From positions 1-64,000 of the forward strand of contig JAYODI010000022.1 of NCBI GenBank assembly GCA_038279365.1: DNA of 64,000 bases. Reading direction: 5' to 3'. This DNA comes from Candidatus Latescibacterota bacterium. GTDB taxonomy: Bacteria; Latescibacterota; UBA2968. Made by a program: the position numbers and the translations under genes. A model generated the notes under the pieces. The model searched no databases. It was not told where the DNA came from and worked only from the letters and a program-made list of their open reading frames with translations. This document shows positions 19,601-29,263 of this stretch, one piece after another; position 1 is the stretch's first letter; each line of letters opens with the position of its first letter.

Positions 19601-19930
19601 GTCTCGAATATGAACCGAAACCAAATCCATGTCGGCGTTCATATCAAATTCGAGGCGAATGCTGGCATTGCTGCCACTGGCTGTAGAACTGATGCCCTTT
19701 ACGGCCGAAAGTGTGCCCATCATTTCTTCAATGGGGCGGGCAATGAGCCTTTCTACTTCTTCGGGTGAAGAAGAGGGATAATTGACACTGATATACATGG
19801 CAGGAAACGTGATGCTGGGCATGTATTCCAATGGCAATCGAAAAAGCGAAATGACGCCCAATACCATCACACTGATAACTGTCATGATGGTGGTAATGGG
19901 TCTCTTGACCGCAAATTCGGACAATTTCAT
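16679..19930 (-). CDS. RND efflux permease (AcrB/AcrD/AcrF family)
   Basis: FAVKRPI start; large periplasmic domains; GMLVD..VVALEN; MASLFES; GIVVNN; RLRPIMMT. Confidence 0.93.
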   Translation of the reverse strand: MKLSEFAVKRPITTIMTVISVMVLGVISLFRLPLEYMPSITFPAMYISVNYPSSSPEEVERLIARPIEEMMGTLSAVKGISSTASGSNASIRLEFDMNADMDLVSVHIRDRLDQVRSLLPDDVDRIEIRRWNFEDFPILEYSLTWAGENDNDLVDIYNQVILPRLQRLEGVGNVSLQGLDEKVLLVDVDQNKLSSHNLDFRTINSSLRNNNANVSAGFVADGERRLPVRAIGEFEIMDQIANQPLRADIQLKDVADVTYDYPEKTSFERLDGRESVTLEIQKSSTANMVSTANLVRAELNAILDEVGRDKLKALIVRDRSEDVTTGITNLSQSAIMGGILAVVAIFIFLRNFRSTLIIGSSIPVSALCVFLIMYFMRQFTGATITLNLISMMGLMVAIGMLVDPAVVALENIFRKRYDEGLDPTTAALEGSDEIGVPVLAASLTTICVFVPIIFVTDSRSALFMRDFAITVVISVVASFFIALSLIPLATSRAFRDGLSRVDTALKIAVGLFACLGVYALFAYTDYTLGSIYDTCKQFFLALLDVSTNIKITVGLIFAFIAFLMVRYRKIGIKGAYERMITTTLHYRWATLSSAVIILFAGNYIYSKVEQQPYRFQRSGQISISVELPRNYDVDNARDLFKQVEGIIMPKSDELDIAALGTRYSSRRSNRITLYLKPPEESTLSSDEIQKAVMALLPSDIPGVRFKTGGSRGGGNTGVGIEIKGRNPQVLAILAEDIRLQMQDISGVNEIETSLESGTEEIRVTVNRERAQRYGLSPREVASTIASALGTRGGTQFKTPDGEIDITVQLREEDRATLEQLKNSEFESDAGMVTFSSLANFDLQKGRNTIRREDRMSTVSVFANTESTARFRVGMLMQERMANISLPKGYTAEMDRSFRWMAEEQGQDSAIMLFAAVLIYIIMASLFESYVHPFTIMFCIGFAFIGVALGLYSTGIAMDSNAKYGLLILFGIVVNNGIVLVDHINRYRRQGLFRREAIIRGGQDRLRPIMMTATTTIIGLMPLVIPMLYGNADGTARRWGPIGLVVVSGLSVSTLMTLVLLPTVYSLMDDLSHYAKRVVASAKS

Positions 19931-20199
19931 TTATTTTATTCTCCCAAATGGGTGTGATTGGGTGTCCAGTTTAAATCGGGATTGCTTTGTTAATTAATGG
20001 TTTAGGTGGTTTTAACTGTAAAATGGAAAGTGTTTACTTACTTGCAGTGAGAATATATTCGGAAACGAATTCTGTGTCAATGGGTTAGGGGAATTGAAAA
20101 CAAATACATTCGCTTTCGGGCATTAGACGAGAGAGATGATTCTAAGGTTCCCGACGGGGTGTGTTTTTGAGGTTTGGACGGGGCAACCGTGTTGGTTTT

Positions 20200-20697
20200 T
20201 TATATCATGGTTTCAACGATGGCTTGGCTTTCGAGGTCGAGCTTGCGATAGTCTGCAATTTCGTACCGATTGCCATCGGCATCGCGCAACAATACGCGTC
20301 CACCGCCTACCACACGCACATCTCTGCGACTGCTGGGAATTTCAAATTCGCGAGGGCCTTTGTCGGTATCCACTTTCCAAGTGGGAATGTGGAAATTGGT
20401 TTCTACGCCGTGAATTTTGGTGATTAGAGGGAGGTAATAGGTTTGTTCGAGGGCTTCTTGTAGAATATTGACACTGTCTTTTGGGAGCTTATAAAGGTGT
20501 TCAATGATCCCAATTTCGTCGCCTTGGGCATCTTTTACAATAATGAATTGATCTGGGGCATTTAGAGGAAAGGCCCGTTCAATGGTCACATTCTCATATG
20601 TTTGCCCCAACATATCGAGGCTAAGGTCATCAAAAGTGTTGAGGTAAAAGTGGGCATCTGGGGGAATAAAGGTCAGTTCACTGGTCAGTTGGCTCAT
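20200..20697 (-). CDS. DUF1854-like protein
   Basis: RAFPL..PDQFI, EIGII, W.VDTDKG, D.DGNRY.I.D; directly downstream of an ABC transporter. Confidence 0.8.
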   Translation of the reverse strand: MSQLTSELTFIPPDAHFYLNTFDDLSLDMLGQTYENVTIERAFPLNAPDQFIIVKDAQGDEIGIIEHLYKLPKDSVNILQEALEQTYYLPLITKIHGVETNFHIPTWKVDTDKGPREFEIPSSRRDVRVVGGGRVLLRDADGNRYEIADYRKLDLESQAIVETMI

Positions 20698-20720
20698 AAA
20701 ATTTCCAATACGAATAAATG

Positions 20721-22997
20721 TTAAACCGCGCGTAGTTTGGAGAGTTCGGTTTGCATGTGGCACAAACGGGCATAAATGCCATCTTGTGCAATGAGTTCAT
20801 CGTGGGAACCCATTTCGGCCAATTCACCCTTTTCGATAATGAGCAGGCGATTGGCATGTTTGAGTGTGGACAGGCGATGGGCAATGGCAAAGGTGGTACG
20901 GCCCTGAATGAGCCTGTAGAGGGCTTCTTGAATTTGGGCTTCCGTTTCCGTATCCATGCTGGAGGTGGCTTCGTCGAGTATTAAGATGCGCGGGTCACGC
21001 AATATGGCTCGGGCAATGGAAATGCGCTGACGTTCGCCACCTGAGAGACGTACTCCGCGTTCTCCTACGGGGGTATCGTATCCATCGGGGAGGCGCAAAA
21101 TGAAGTCGTGTGCGTTGGCTGCCTTGGCAGCAGCCACTATTTCAGACAAAGAGGCTTCGGGTTTGCCATAGGCAATGTTTTCTGCAATGGGCCCATTAAA
21201 GAGAAAGGGATCTTGTAACACAACGCCAATTTGATCACGCAAAGATTTAAGGGAAACGTCTTGGATATCGTGCCCATCAATGAGTATTTGGCCTGATTCG
21301 ATGTCATAAAAACGGCATATCAAGTTGATGAGTGTGCTTTTTCCGGCGCCTGAGTGCCCAGCCAAACCAATCATTTCACCAGGTTCTATGGTAAAGCTGA
21401 GGTCTTTGATAATGGGCTTGCTGGGTTCGTATGAAAAGGAGACATCTCTAAATTCGACCTTGCCCGCAATGCGTGGCAAAATGGTCACTTGTGGATGGTC
21501 CGTGACATCGGGTTGGGTGTCGAGCACTTCAAAGACACGTTCGGCAGATGTGCTGGCTCTTTGAAAGCGGTGGTTGAGATTGCACAGACTTTGAACGGGG
21601 CCGTAGAAGCGGAACATGTATTGCGTGAAGGCGACAAATTCACCAATGGACAAGGTTTTTTCAATGACTGATCCCCCTCCCACAAACCAGATAATCAGTG
21701 TGCCGATAGACGTGATAAAACTCATGACGGGGTTAAACACACTGCGAAGACCTGCCACGCGAATTTCTCCATCGCGCAGATCTTCACTTCGGGATTCAAA
21801 CTTGTTTACCTCACGATCTTCTTGGGCAAAAGCTTTTACCACACGTACACCGGGAATGGTATCGGCCAACAAGGCACTGATGCCCGCCCAGCGCCGCCAA
21901 AGGCCCCGATAGGTTCGATGAAAGCGTTCGCTAAAGTTGAGGGTTGCATAAATGAGCAATGGGGTGGGCAAAAGTGCCAGTGCTGCCAGTTTGACATTGA
22001 GTGAAAAGAGAATGCCACATATGATAAAGATGGTGAGCACGTCGCGGATGATTTCTTGGAGACCATCGCTAATAAAGTCTTGCAAACGGCCCACATCCTG
22101 GGTGATGCTGGCCATAATGCGACCCGTTTCGCGTTCGTTGTAAAAACTAAGTGAGTGACGATGCAGGTGGCGATAGACTTGGTTGCGCAAGTCGTAAGTA
22201 ACTTGTTGGCCTAACTTGGAGAGGATATAAGACCGAATGGCATTTAACCCGCTTTGGGAAAAAGTAATCAGAAAAAACAGGCCAACCAGCAGATAAAGCT
22301 GTGTATAGGCATCTTCTTTGATGACAAAGTTTTCTGCTGTTGGGGCCAACACATTGTCGAGCAACTCGCGCATGAGCAATGGGGGCATAAGACTGATGAA
22401 TGTGGCTGTAAGGAGCAAGACAAGGCTAAATGTGGCCAATTTCCAGTGGGGAAGGGCATAACTTAACAAACGAGTGAGCAATTTGCGGGTATCTAAACAG
22501 TTTGGACAGACGCCATTCCAATGTGGGATGACCTTGCCACACGTGTCACAGCGCTTGCCTGCTGCCGTGCGACCCAATTTGCCTTTGACCAATTTTCCGT
22601 CTTCGGTATTGGGGCGTGCTTCTTTGACCAATTCTTCCAAAGACTTCATGGCATCGTTAAATTTGGGATTGAGTCCTTTGGTAAAGCGCGCAAGGGTTGT
22701 GCCTTGTGTGGTTGTGCGCACTTTCAAATGCCCACTGCCCATGAGATCTTTGGCTTCAATGCCCGTGATTTCAGACAGTGGAAGGGTGGTGATGTGGGGC
22801 GTATTGCCGCCATTGAGGCTATATGTGATAATTTGGCGTTGGGTCGCTAAGAGCCAAGATTCGCCAAATGTGCCGTCTGGACGAATGTCGGATGTAATGG
22901 ACAGTTTGATGGATTCGTCGGGGTGGAGATGTTTGGAGATGTTTTTTTGAATGTCTTCTGGTAATGTTTCTGTGGTGGTGTGAGTGGTTTCTGGCAC
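20721..22997 (-). CDS. ABC transporter permease/ATPase with N-terminal extension and Zn-ribbon
   Basis: CDTC…CPNC; TM domain; GHSGAGKS; LSGGERQR; ILDEATS; IAHRLST. GTG start with a GGAG RBS. Confidence 0.92.
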   Translation of the reverse strand: MPETTHTTTETLPEDIQKNISKHLHPDESIKLSITSDIRPDGTFGESWLLATQRQIITYSLNGGNTPHITTLPLSEITGIEAKDLMGSGHLKVRTTTQGTTLARFTKGLNPKFNDAMKSLEELVKEARPNTEDGKLVKGKLGRTAAGKRCDTCGKVIPHWNGVCPNCLDTRKLLTRLLSYALPHWKLATFSLVLLLTATFISLMPPLLMRELLDNVLAPTAENFVIKEDAYTQLYLLVGLFFLITFSQSGLNAIRSYILSKLGQQVTYDLRNQVYRHLHRHSLSFYNERETGRIMASITQDVGRLQDFISDGLQEIIRDVLTIFIICGILFSLNVKLAALALLPTPLLIYATLNFSERFHRTYRGLWRRWAGISALLADTIPGVRVVKAFAQEDREVNKFESRSEDLRDGEIRVAGLRSVFNPVMSFITSIGTLIIWFVGGGSVIEKTLSIGEFVAFTQYMFRFYGPVQSLCNLNHRFQRASTSAERVFEVLDTQPDVTDHPQVTILPRIAGKVEFRDVSFSYEPSKPIIKDLSFTIEPGEMIGLAGHSGAGKSTLINLICRFYDIESGQILIDGHDIQDVSLKSLRDQIGVVLQDPFLFNGPIAENIAYGKPEASLSEIVAAAKAANAHDFILRLPDGYDTPVGERGVRLSGGERQRISIARAILRDPRILILDEATSSMDTETEAQIQEALYRLIQGRTTFAIAHRLSTLKHANRLLIIEKGELAEMGSHDELIAQDGIYARLCHMQTELSKLRAV

Positions 22998-23137
22998 GTG
23001 GGAGGCTCCAACTGTGTGAATGGGAAGAAGCAAGTGATTACTTACTTAATGTAGTATGCAAAAAAGAATAAGCAAGTTTAAAAATACCTGCAGATGTTTG
23101 CCGATGGCATTTGAAAGCCGTGTGGGAGATTGTCTTT

Positions 23138-23890
23138 TTAGGCTTTAAGGCCCATTAAGCGGCGCCAAAAAGTCGGTTGTGTTTTGCGTTGCCATTTTTT
23201 GAGGCGAGATAATAGGTCTTGTGGGAATTCTATCAGTGGGGGAAATAGTTCTTTTATTTCTTGTTCTTTGTGTGCTAAATCTATGGGCGCCAAATAATTG
23301 TAATGGGGTGAAAGTGTGGTATTGAGCAGTTGGCGTTTGTGGTAATTGTTGATATTTTCTTGTGCGCGTTTGAGGTGATCCATGTAGCGATATATGAGGT
23401 TGCGAATGCGTGCGTTATAACGTGGTATTTCTTGGGTCAGGTATTGTGCTGCTTCGAAGAGTTGTTTTTGATCGCAGGCCGTGGTTGGCGGTTTGGGGTA
23501 GTCTGAGGGCCAATTGTCTAAATTCAACCAAGTTTGGCAGGTTGTTTGATCGGGAAATAGGCTTATTAGGGTTTCTATTTTTTGGAGGAGTGCGGTTCGC
23601 AAGGCTGGGATTTGATGCTGGGCATTTTCGCGCAATTTTTTTGCGGCATCTTGTAAGTCTTCGGCATCTTTGCGTTCTTGCAAGTGAGGGGGTAAAACTT
23701 TGTTTTCTTGAAGGATTTTGCCAGCCACTCTATATTCTTCGCCAGGGGCAAAATATGAACGCAGATCTATGGGTTTGCCTTTGCCAGGGAGGTTGCGCCA
23801 CGAATCATCTGCGGCCACTTCTTTAAGCAGATCATCAACCGAACGCATTTGGATTTTGCCATCTGGGGTTCGAAGTTTTGGTTTGTTCAT
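23138..23890 (-). CDS. DUF1992 (DnaJ-related) domain protein
   Basis: NLPGKGKPIDL…KILQENKVLPP, then a helical C-terminus. Confidence 0.75.
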   Translation of the reverse strand: MNKPKLRTPDGKIQMRSVDDLLKEVAADDSWRNLPGKGKPIDLRSYFAPGEEYRVAGKILQENKVLPPHLQERKDAEDLQDAAKKLRENAQHQIPALRTALLQKIETLISLFPDQTTCQTWLNLDNWPSDYPKPPTTACDQKQLFEAAQYLTQEIPRYNARIRNLIYRYMDHLKRAQENINNYHKRQLLNTTLSPHYNYLAPIDLAHKEQEIKELFPPLIEFPQDLLSRLKKWQRKTQPTFWRRLMGLKA

Positions 23891-24048
23891 GGCCTTTCCC
23901 CTTATTGGTCTTGATGGTTATGGTGGCTGTTTCTTAAATGTGGTTTGATATAACCGATGTGTCAAGGAGATATATCTATATATTTGACTGGGATGACAGG
24001 TCATTTATTAAAGATGGGTGCATTTGTTGATGAGGGGCTTGAAGGGGA

Positions 24049-25020
24049 ATGAGTGATATGGCAAAAAGAAATCAAAAGATGTGTCAGGGGCAGTTGGATG
24101 TGTCCCAATTTGAATTGGGGCATACTTTGGGATCTGGGCAGGTCTTTAGGTGGGGGCGAGATGTGGATGGGTGGTGGAAAGGCATAGCGTATGGTGTGGC
24201 GATTCATTTGAGGCAAGTGGATGATCACGTTCACTATTTGGCTTCATCGGATTGCGTTGACACATATGCCGGACAGATGGTAATGCCCGATTTTTTGCGC
24301 TGGTATTTGCGGTTGGATGAATATCCAAATATTCGTGTTACGCGAGATGATACGTATTTGCGCAAAGCTCGTGATTTGATGAAGGGGTTGCGTTTTGTGC
24401 GCCAAGACCCATTTGAGTGCATTATTTCTTATGTTTTATCTGTGCAAGCGCATATGACATTAACAAAACGCCGCATCAACTTAATTGCGCAAACGGTTGG
24501 GCAACCCGTGGCGTTTGCGGGTAACCGGTATTGGGTTTTTCCCACACCTGAAGCGCTGGCGACGTTGGATGGTGCTTTTTTTAGGAAACAACGTTTTGGT
24601 TGGCGGTCGGAACGGGTGGCCGATTCTGCGGGTTTTGTGGCAGAAAAATTATCAGAAAAGGATCAACCTACATTACAAGATTGGCGAGATATTAACGATG
24701 CTTTGTTGGAAAGGCCAGGAAGTGGGGTGGGGTTGAAAGTGGCCAAATGTATTGACCTGTTTTCTTTAGAGCGTTTGCACGCTGTGCCCGTGGATACGTG
24801 GGTGCGTAAGTTTGCAGAAGATTGGTATGGCGTGACAGGGGCGGATGCCAAAATTTGTAAGTGGGGAGAAGAGCGGTGGGGCAAGTGGGGGGGGTATTGC
24901 AATGAATATCTGTTTTCGTATTATCGCGAATTGCATGGTGGCACGCTCTATGACAAGGTGTTGTCTTTTGAGGCGTCGGATGAACCCTCGGCAGAATTGC
25001 CATTTGAAGCCATAAAATAA
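24049..25020 (+). CDS. ogg: 8-oxoguanine DNA glycosylase/AP lyase (Ogg1 type)
   Basis: TLGSGQVFRW; GLRFVRQDPFECIIS; FPTPE; HhH GVGLKVAKCI (catalytic Lys); VPVDTW (catalytic Asp). Confidence 0.85.
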   Translation: MSDMAKRNQKMCQGQLDVSQFELGHTLGSGQVFRWGRDVDGWWKGIAYGVAIHLRQVDDHVHYLASSDCVDTYAGQMVMPDFLRWYLRLDEYPNIRVTRDDTYLRKARDLMKGLRFVRQDPFECIISYVLSVQAHMTLTKRRINLIAQTVGQPVAFAGNRYWVFPTPEALATLDGAFFRKQRFGWRSERVADSAGFVAEKLSEKDQPTLQDWRDINDALLERPGSGVGLKVAKCIDLFSLERLHAVPVDTWVRKFAEDWYGVTGADAKICKWGEERWGKWGGYCNEYLFSYYRELHGGTLYDKVLSFEASDEPSAELPFEAIK

Positions 25021-25176
25021 GGGATATTGTGAGTTCTTGCCACTATCGTCTTTGTTCATTGGGCAGGAATAAATCTTCACGCTATGGGGGCAATGTCCTT
25101 TGGGCAGATGATCACAAACGCGTTCAAACTGTTGTCGAGCACTTTGAATATTTATGCGATATGGTAGCGTGTTGAA

Positions 25177-25216
25177 ATGAGAATGGCGCGGTCTGTTTAG
25201 ATCGCGCCATTCTCAT
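25177..25216. terminator. stem-loop between convergent genes
   Basis: ATGAGAATGGCGCG/CGCGCCATTCTCAT 14-bp inverted repeat; no clear T-tail. Confidence 0.6.
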
Positions 25217-25271
25217 GTAAATCCATGTTCCACAAGTTATTCCATGATTTATTTGCTGTTGTTCTTAAAGG

Positions 25272-26543
25272 TTATTCTCGTGCATATTTGGGGTTTCCGA
25301 AACCGTCGTTAACGATGTGAGAACGTGCGGGAATTTCAGATTTGTGCGGAATGATGAGGTCGAGTTCTGTGCTGTTTTCGATAATTGTGCCATCGCCTAC
25401 GCGCACCCCGTCTTGCAAAAAAATGCGACCTGGGGCTCGGTCACCGGTACGAACCGTGCCAATGACGACGGAAGATGCAATCTGACATCTTCTGCCCATT
25501 TCAACAAAACCGTATATGTCTGTGCCACTGCCAATGGTTGATCCTTCACCAATGGTGACGGGGCCTAAGAGTGTTGCATCGGTGCCAATTTTTACAAAGT
25601 CACCAATAAATGGATGGCGTTGTCGGGCTTTTTCACTGAGACCACCTAATGTGCAAGGGTAAATCACACAGCCAGATCCGATGACCCCTGTTTGGCCTGT
25701 GGTAAGGCCTCTGTGGGGGTGTTCGAGAAAGTTTGCATCTCCAATGCGCGTTTCGGGGTGGAGGTCGGCTTGGTAATAGCGCCCCCCCAATTCGGCAATG
25801 GCACGTGGCAAGAGTGGCACGGGCTCACATTGGAGTTCGTTGGCTGTTTCGGCTTGCGAGAGGGTGTAGGCAATATCGTGATAAAACAAAACACGCCAAC
25901 CCGGGTAAGTGCTCACGACAAGTTGAAGTTGATAGGCAAAAGCGCTGTCTAAGTTGTGTTTGCCCAAATAGTCTTCGTAAGGAACAAAGGATCTTTCGCG
26001 AATGCATTCGTCAATACGTGGGGTAAACTCGAGGCTTGAAAGGGTGTCTTGGCACAATTTGAAGCGGTGGCGCAAATAGGCATCCCAAACAGCGGGATCT
26101 TTGAGGGATGCAAACCGATTCCATAAGGTGCGTTTTTTGAGCTCAGGCAATTGAAGCAACAGGGAAAATGTGGCATGGAGGGCACAGGTTTCGATGTCTC
26201 CGTTGCCATTTTGTGCGGCCTGTATGGATTGGTAGATCATGGCATAAAGCTGATCGGCAATTTCTTCTATGCTTTCGGTGAGGTCGGGTGAGCACGCAGT
26301 GCTGGATGTGTTGTGGGAACCGGGAGCAACACATTCTAATAAGTTGCCCAAAACGGTTTCGAGGAGGTCGCGATTGACAAACCCGCGCCCCGAGCGTTGC
26401 GAAAGGATGTCGCGGTTGATGGGGTCTATACGCAATGACGCAAGTTCTTCGGGCGTATAAATAGGCTCTAAGTGTTCAATTACTTTTTTGATGAGAGGGC
26501 GTTTGCCCTGTTCGTAGGTGTTGTCAAATAGGGTGGTACTCAA
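25272..26543 (-). CDS. divergent serine O-acetyltransferase-like (left-handed beta-helix) protein
   Basis: ADLHPETRIG, FLEH, TLGG, RHPFIGD.V.IG, LGPVTIG hexapeptide repeats; long novel N-terminus. Confidence 0.7.
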   Translation of the reverse strand: MSTTLFDNTYEQGKRPLIKKVIEHLEPIYTPEELASLRIDPINRDILSQRSGRGFVNRDLLETVLGNLLECVAPGSHNTSSTACSPDLTESIEEIADQLYAMIYQSIQAAQNGNGDIETCALHATFSLLLQLPELKKRTLWNRFASLKDPAVWDAYLRHRFKLCQDTLSSLEFTPRIDECIRERSFVPYEDYLGKHNLDSAFAYQLQLVVSTYPGWRVLFYHDIAYTLSQAETANELQCEPVPLLPRAIAELGGRYYQADLHPETRIGDANFLEHPHRGLTTGQTGVIGSGCVIYPCTLGGLSEKARQRHPFIGDFVKIGTDATLLGPVTIGEGSTIGSGTDIYGFVEMGRRCQIASSVVIGTVRTGDRAPGRIFLQDGVRVGDGTIIENSTELDLIIPHKSEIPARSHIVNDGFGNPKYARE

Positions 26544-26604
26544 TGGGGACCTCTAAGGGGGAAGACAATGGATGATGTGGTTATTGGCGATTTGGCCAAT
26601 GACC

Positions 26605-27507
26605 CTATTTAAGCAAGCTTGCGACGTGTTCTTTGAGCCCTTCATAAATGGGCGTTGCAGGGGCTTTGGCTCCAGCGGCCTTAATTTTGTCGAGGCTGTA
26701 GATGCGGTGACAGCAAAAGGGTGCTCGGGCAGGGTTTTCTTTGAGATATTCACCTACTGGGAGTTCGATGATGTCGGGTCTGTCTACCCCCAAGATGTCG
26801 GCTATGATAAAATAATATTCGCGCGATTCGATAATATCTGGGCCTGCGGCCTGAAAGATTTGGCCATAGGTTTTGGCATTGCCCAACATGCTGAGCATAA
26901 GATTGGAGAGGTCTTTGGCGAGAATGGGCTGTTGCAAAAAGTGACCGCCCCCAATCAATTCAAGTGGTTTGCCTGCGCGGATGTGTTCGATCAGGTTTTC
27001 ATCGCGACCATGGTTGGGCAAACACCCCAGCTTGGAACCGGGGCCATAAATGTGACAAGGGCGCACAACAGACCAGTTCATTTTGCCGGTATCACCGTTA
27101 ATAAATGCGCGTTCACATTGCCTTTTTTTGCCACCGTAGGTGTCTGACAAATAGTGATCCGTTTCTTCCCCTTGTGGAAATTTGCGATGGGCAGGGTCAA
27201 AAACAAAGTCTGTGGATATGAAGACGAGGTGTTCTGTTTTGTCTCGAAAAACGGCAATGTCTTGTTGGGCGTCTTCTACATCATAACCAATGCCGTCAAT
27301 GACCATGTCCCATATTTGATTTTGTGATGATATGGCTTGAGAGAAGGCCTCTCTGTCGTCTCTGTCTACGGTGATGGGCGTGATACCTTTGTCTATGGGG
27401 CGCTGCCCCCGTGTGACGGCCCATACTTTATGGCCTTGAGAAAGGGCTTGTTGAGCAGTGGTGCCACTGACAAAACCACTGCCACCGATGAGAAGAATAT
27501 TGGCCAT
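26605..27507 (-). CDS. NAD-dependent epimerase/dehydratase family (atypical SDR)
   Basis: IGGSGFVS, FIST, YGGKK, RPCHIYGPG. Confidence 0.88.
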   Translation of the reverse strand: MANILLIGGSGFVSGTTAQQALSQGHKVWAVTRGQRPIDKGITPITVDRDDREAFSQAISSQNQIWDMVIDGIGYDVEDAQQDIAVFRDKTEHLVFISTDFVFDPAHRKFPQGEETDHYLSDTYGGKKRQCERAFINGDTGKMNWSVVRPCHIYGPGSKLGCLPNHGRDENLIEHIRAGKPLELIGGGHFLQQPILAKDLSNLMLSMLGNAKTYGQIFQAAGPDIIESREYYFIIADILGVDRPDIIELPVGEYLKENPARAPFCCHRIYSLDKIKAAGAKAPATPIYEGLKEHVASLLK

Positions 27508-27653
27508 TTGAGGCTCCAAGGCTAAGTGTGCAAAAAGAAAGAGAATGAGGATAGGTTGAAAAGGTAAGGAAAAACGAGAGATTCATCAACTGACTTGATT
27601 GAAAATGATGTGACTTGGGGTGTGTTTGGATGATTAAAACGCTGAAGGTCTGA

Positions 27654-28457
27654 TTAACTGCCAGTAGAGCGATAGTGACGCACCCCTATTTTCCAGATTT
27701 GGAGGGCAACGAGGAGGAAGGTGATGCCGATAAGGGGTGAGGCATAGTGTAAAATAACGGGAGAACCAAATGGATCGGGGCGATTGAGCAGAGCCAAACC
27801 TGGAAAATAACAGACACTGGCCAGTGGCACGACATAGGTGAAGAATTTGCGGAACCACGCTTTGTATATGGACAAGGGATATTGGGCAGATTGCACCCCG
27901 CCATAGGTGAGTGTGTTCATCAGTTCTAGGCCTTCGGTGGTCCAAAAGGCAATGGTGGCTTGAATGACCATAAGTGCAAAGAAGAAACAAATACCCCCAA
28001 TGATGGCGGCTATGCACAAGGCGATCTTTTCGGGTGACCAAACAATGTGGAGGTGTTGGTTTGCCCAGATGAAGACGATGAGACTTTGTGCCAACCGGCC
28101 CACGCGTTTGAGGGTGAGTTCTTGACCTGCCAATTGAAGTGCTGTGCTGCGAGGGCGCAGCAAGAGGCGGTCAAAATCACCGCCTTTGACCATGTTGCCA
28201 AAGGTGTCAAAACCGCGTGACATCGCATCGGCAAATGAGAATGCGGTGTTGACGATGACGTAGAGTAGGGCAATTTCGGGCAATTCCCAACCGACAATAT
28301 GACCAAAGCGGTCGAAGAGTGCGGCAATGGCCACAAACTCGATGCCAGTGGCAAGAAAGTGGCCCAATGTGAGCATGATGAATGAGGCGCGATATTGCAT
28401 TTGGCCACGAAAAGAAATATTGATGTAATGCAGGTAAAGTTTGAGTGCGTTGGTCAT
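27654..28457 (-). CDS. ABC-2 family permease (DUF990-type)
   Basis: MQYRASF, GW…E, GDFDRLLLRP, YPLSIY. Confidence 0.9.
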   Translation of the reverse strand: MTNALKLYLHYINISFRGQMQYRASFIMLTLGHFLATGIEFVAIAALFDRFGHIVGWELPEIALLYVIVNTAFSFADAMSRGFDTFGNMVKGGDFDRLLLRPRSTALQLAGQELTLKRVGRLAQSLIVFIWANQHLHIVWSPEKIALCIAAIIGGICFFFALMVIQATIAFWTTEGLELMNTLTYGGVQSAQYPLSIYKAWFRKFFTYVVPLASVCYFPGLALLNRPDPFGSPVILHYASPLIGITFLLVALQIWKIGVRHYRSTGS

Positions 28458-28459
28458 GG

Positions 28460-29263
28460 TTAACCTCCTTGCACTGTGAGGCGATGGGTGGCGCGTTTGA
28501 GGATAAAATGCCCGAGGCCCATCAGCGAAGCCACCCAAAATAGTTGAATGGGCAGGTGATGCCAAAGTTCACTTGGGGGAATTTGGCCCATATAAAAACG
28601 GAAGGGCACATCCATCACGTATCGAAAGGGAAGTGCGTTGAGAAATGTTTGTGCCCATTCAGGAAAGAAGAGCAACGGCAGGGTGATGCCTGAAAGGAGC
28701 CACGCCGATGCGCTGATGAGGGTGCTGATGCCTTCACCTGATATGGTCCAAAGCATGGAGATGTTGAGCAGGTTGGTGATGGCGGCACCGATGAGGACAG
28801 CGATGATCATGGAAATGACCCAAGCGCCTGTTGCATAGATATTTGGCGGAAGTTGCATGTTAAACAATAGGGTGGCTGTGATGAACATTGGAAGGGCTCT
28901 GAAAAGGCCTGGGGCGGTGCGCTGGGCAATGGATCGGCTAAACCAAAAGAAATAGAGGTTGGTGGGGCGAACAAGTTCGTAAACGACATTGCCAGAACGC
29001 ACAAGAGATCTCACATCGGGATCGGCACTAAAAGGGAGCAAGACGAGAAAGGCTTGGGATAGCCAGATGTAGGTGACGACTTCATCATACGTCATCGGTT
29101 GGGTTTGGGTGGTGGATCTGTAGAAGGCTTCGAATATCATGATGCGAATGAGGCCCCAGAAGAGTTGGGTGCCAAAACCAGCGAAGGCGGCGGCTCGGTA
29201 TTGCAAGAGGGTGCGGAAACGGGCACTGAGCACGGCGAGGTAGGGTTTGAGGGTTTGCGTCAT
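28460..29263 (-). CDS. ABC-2 family permease
   Basis: LQYRAA, VRSGNVVYELVRP, LSG..LPL.FFP, LPF, VQGG C-terminus. Confidence 0.9.
   Translation of the reverse strand: MTQTLKPYLAVLSARFRTLLQYRAAAFAGFGTQLFWGLIRIMIFEAFYRSTTQTQPMTYDEVVTYIWLSQAFLVLLPFSADPDVRSLVRSGNVVYELVRPTNLYFFWFSRSIAQRTAPGLFRALPMFITATLLFNMQLPPNIYATGAWVISMIIAVLIGAAITNLLNISMLWTISGEGISTLISASAWLLSGITLPLLFFPEWAQTFLNALPFRYVMDVPFRFYMGQIPPSELWHHLPIQLFWVASLMGLGHFILKRATHRLTVQGG

Noticed and set aside
25021-25200. Cys/His-containing minus-strand reading frame between ogg and the cysE-like gene
   Set aside because: No start codon before the Cys/His segment, and the frame runs antisense into ogg.
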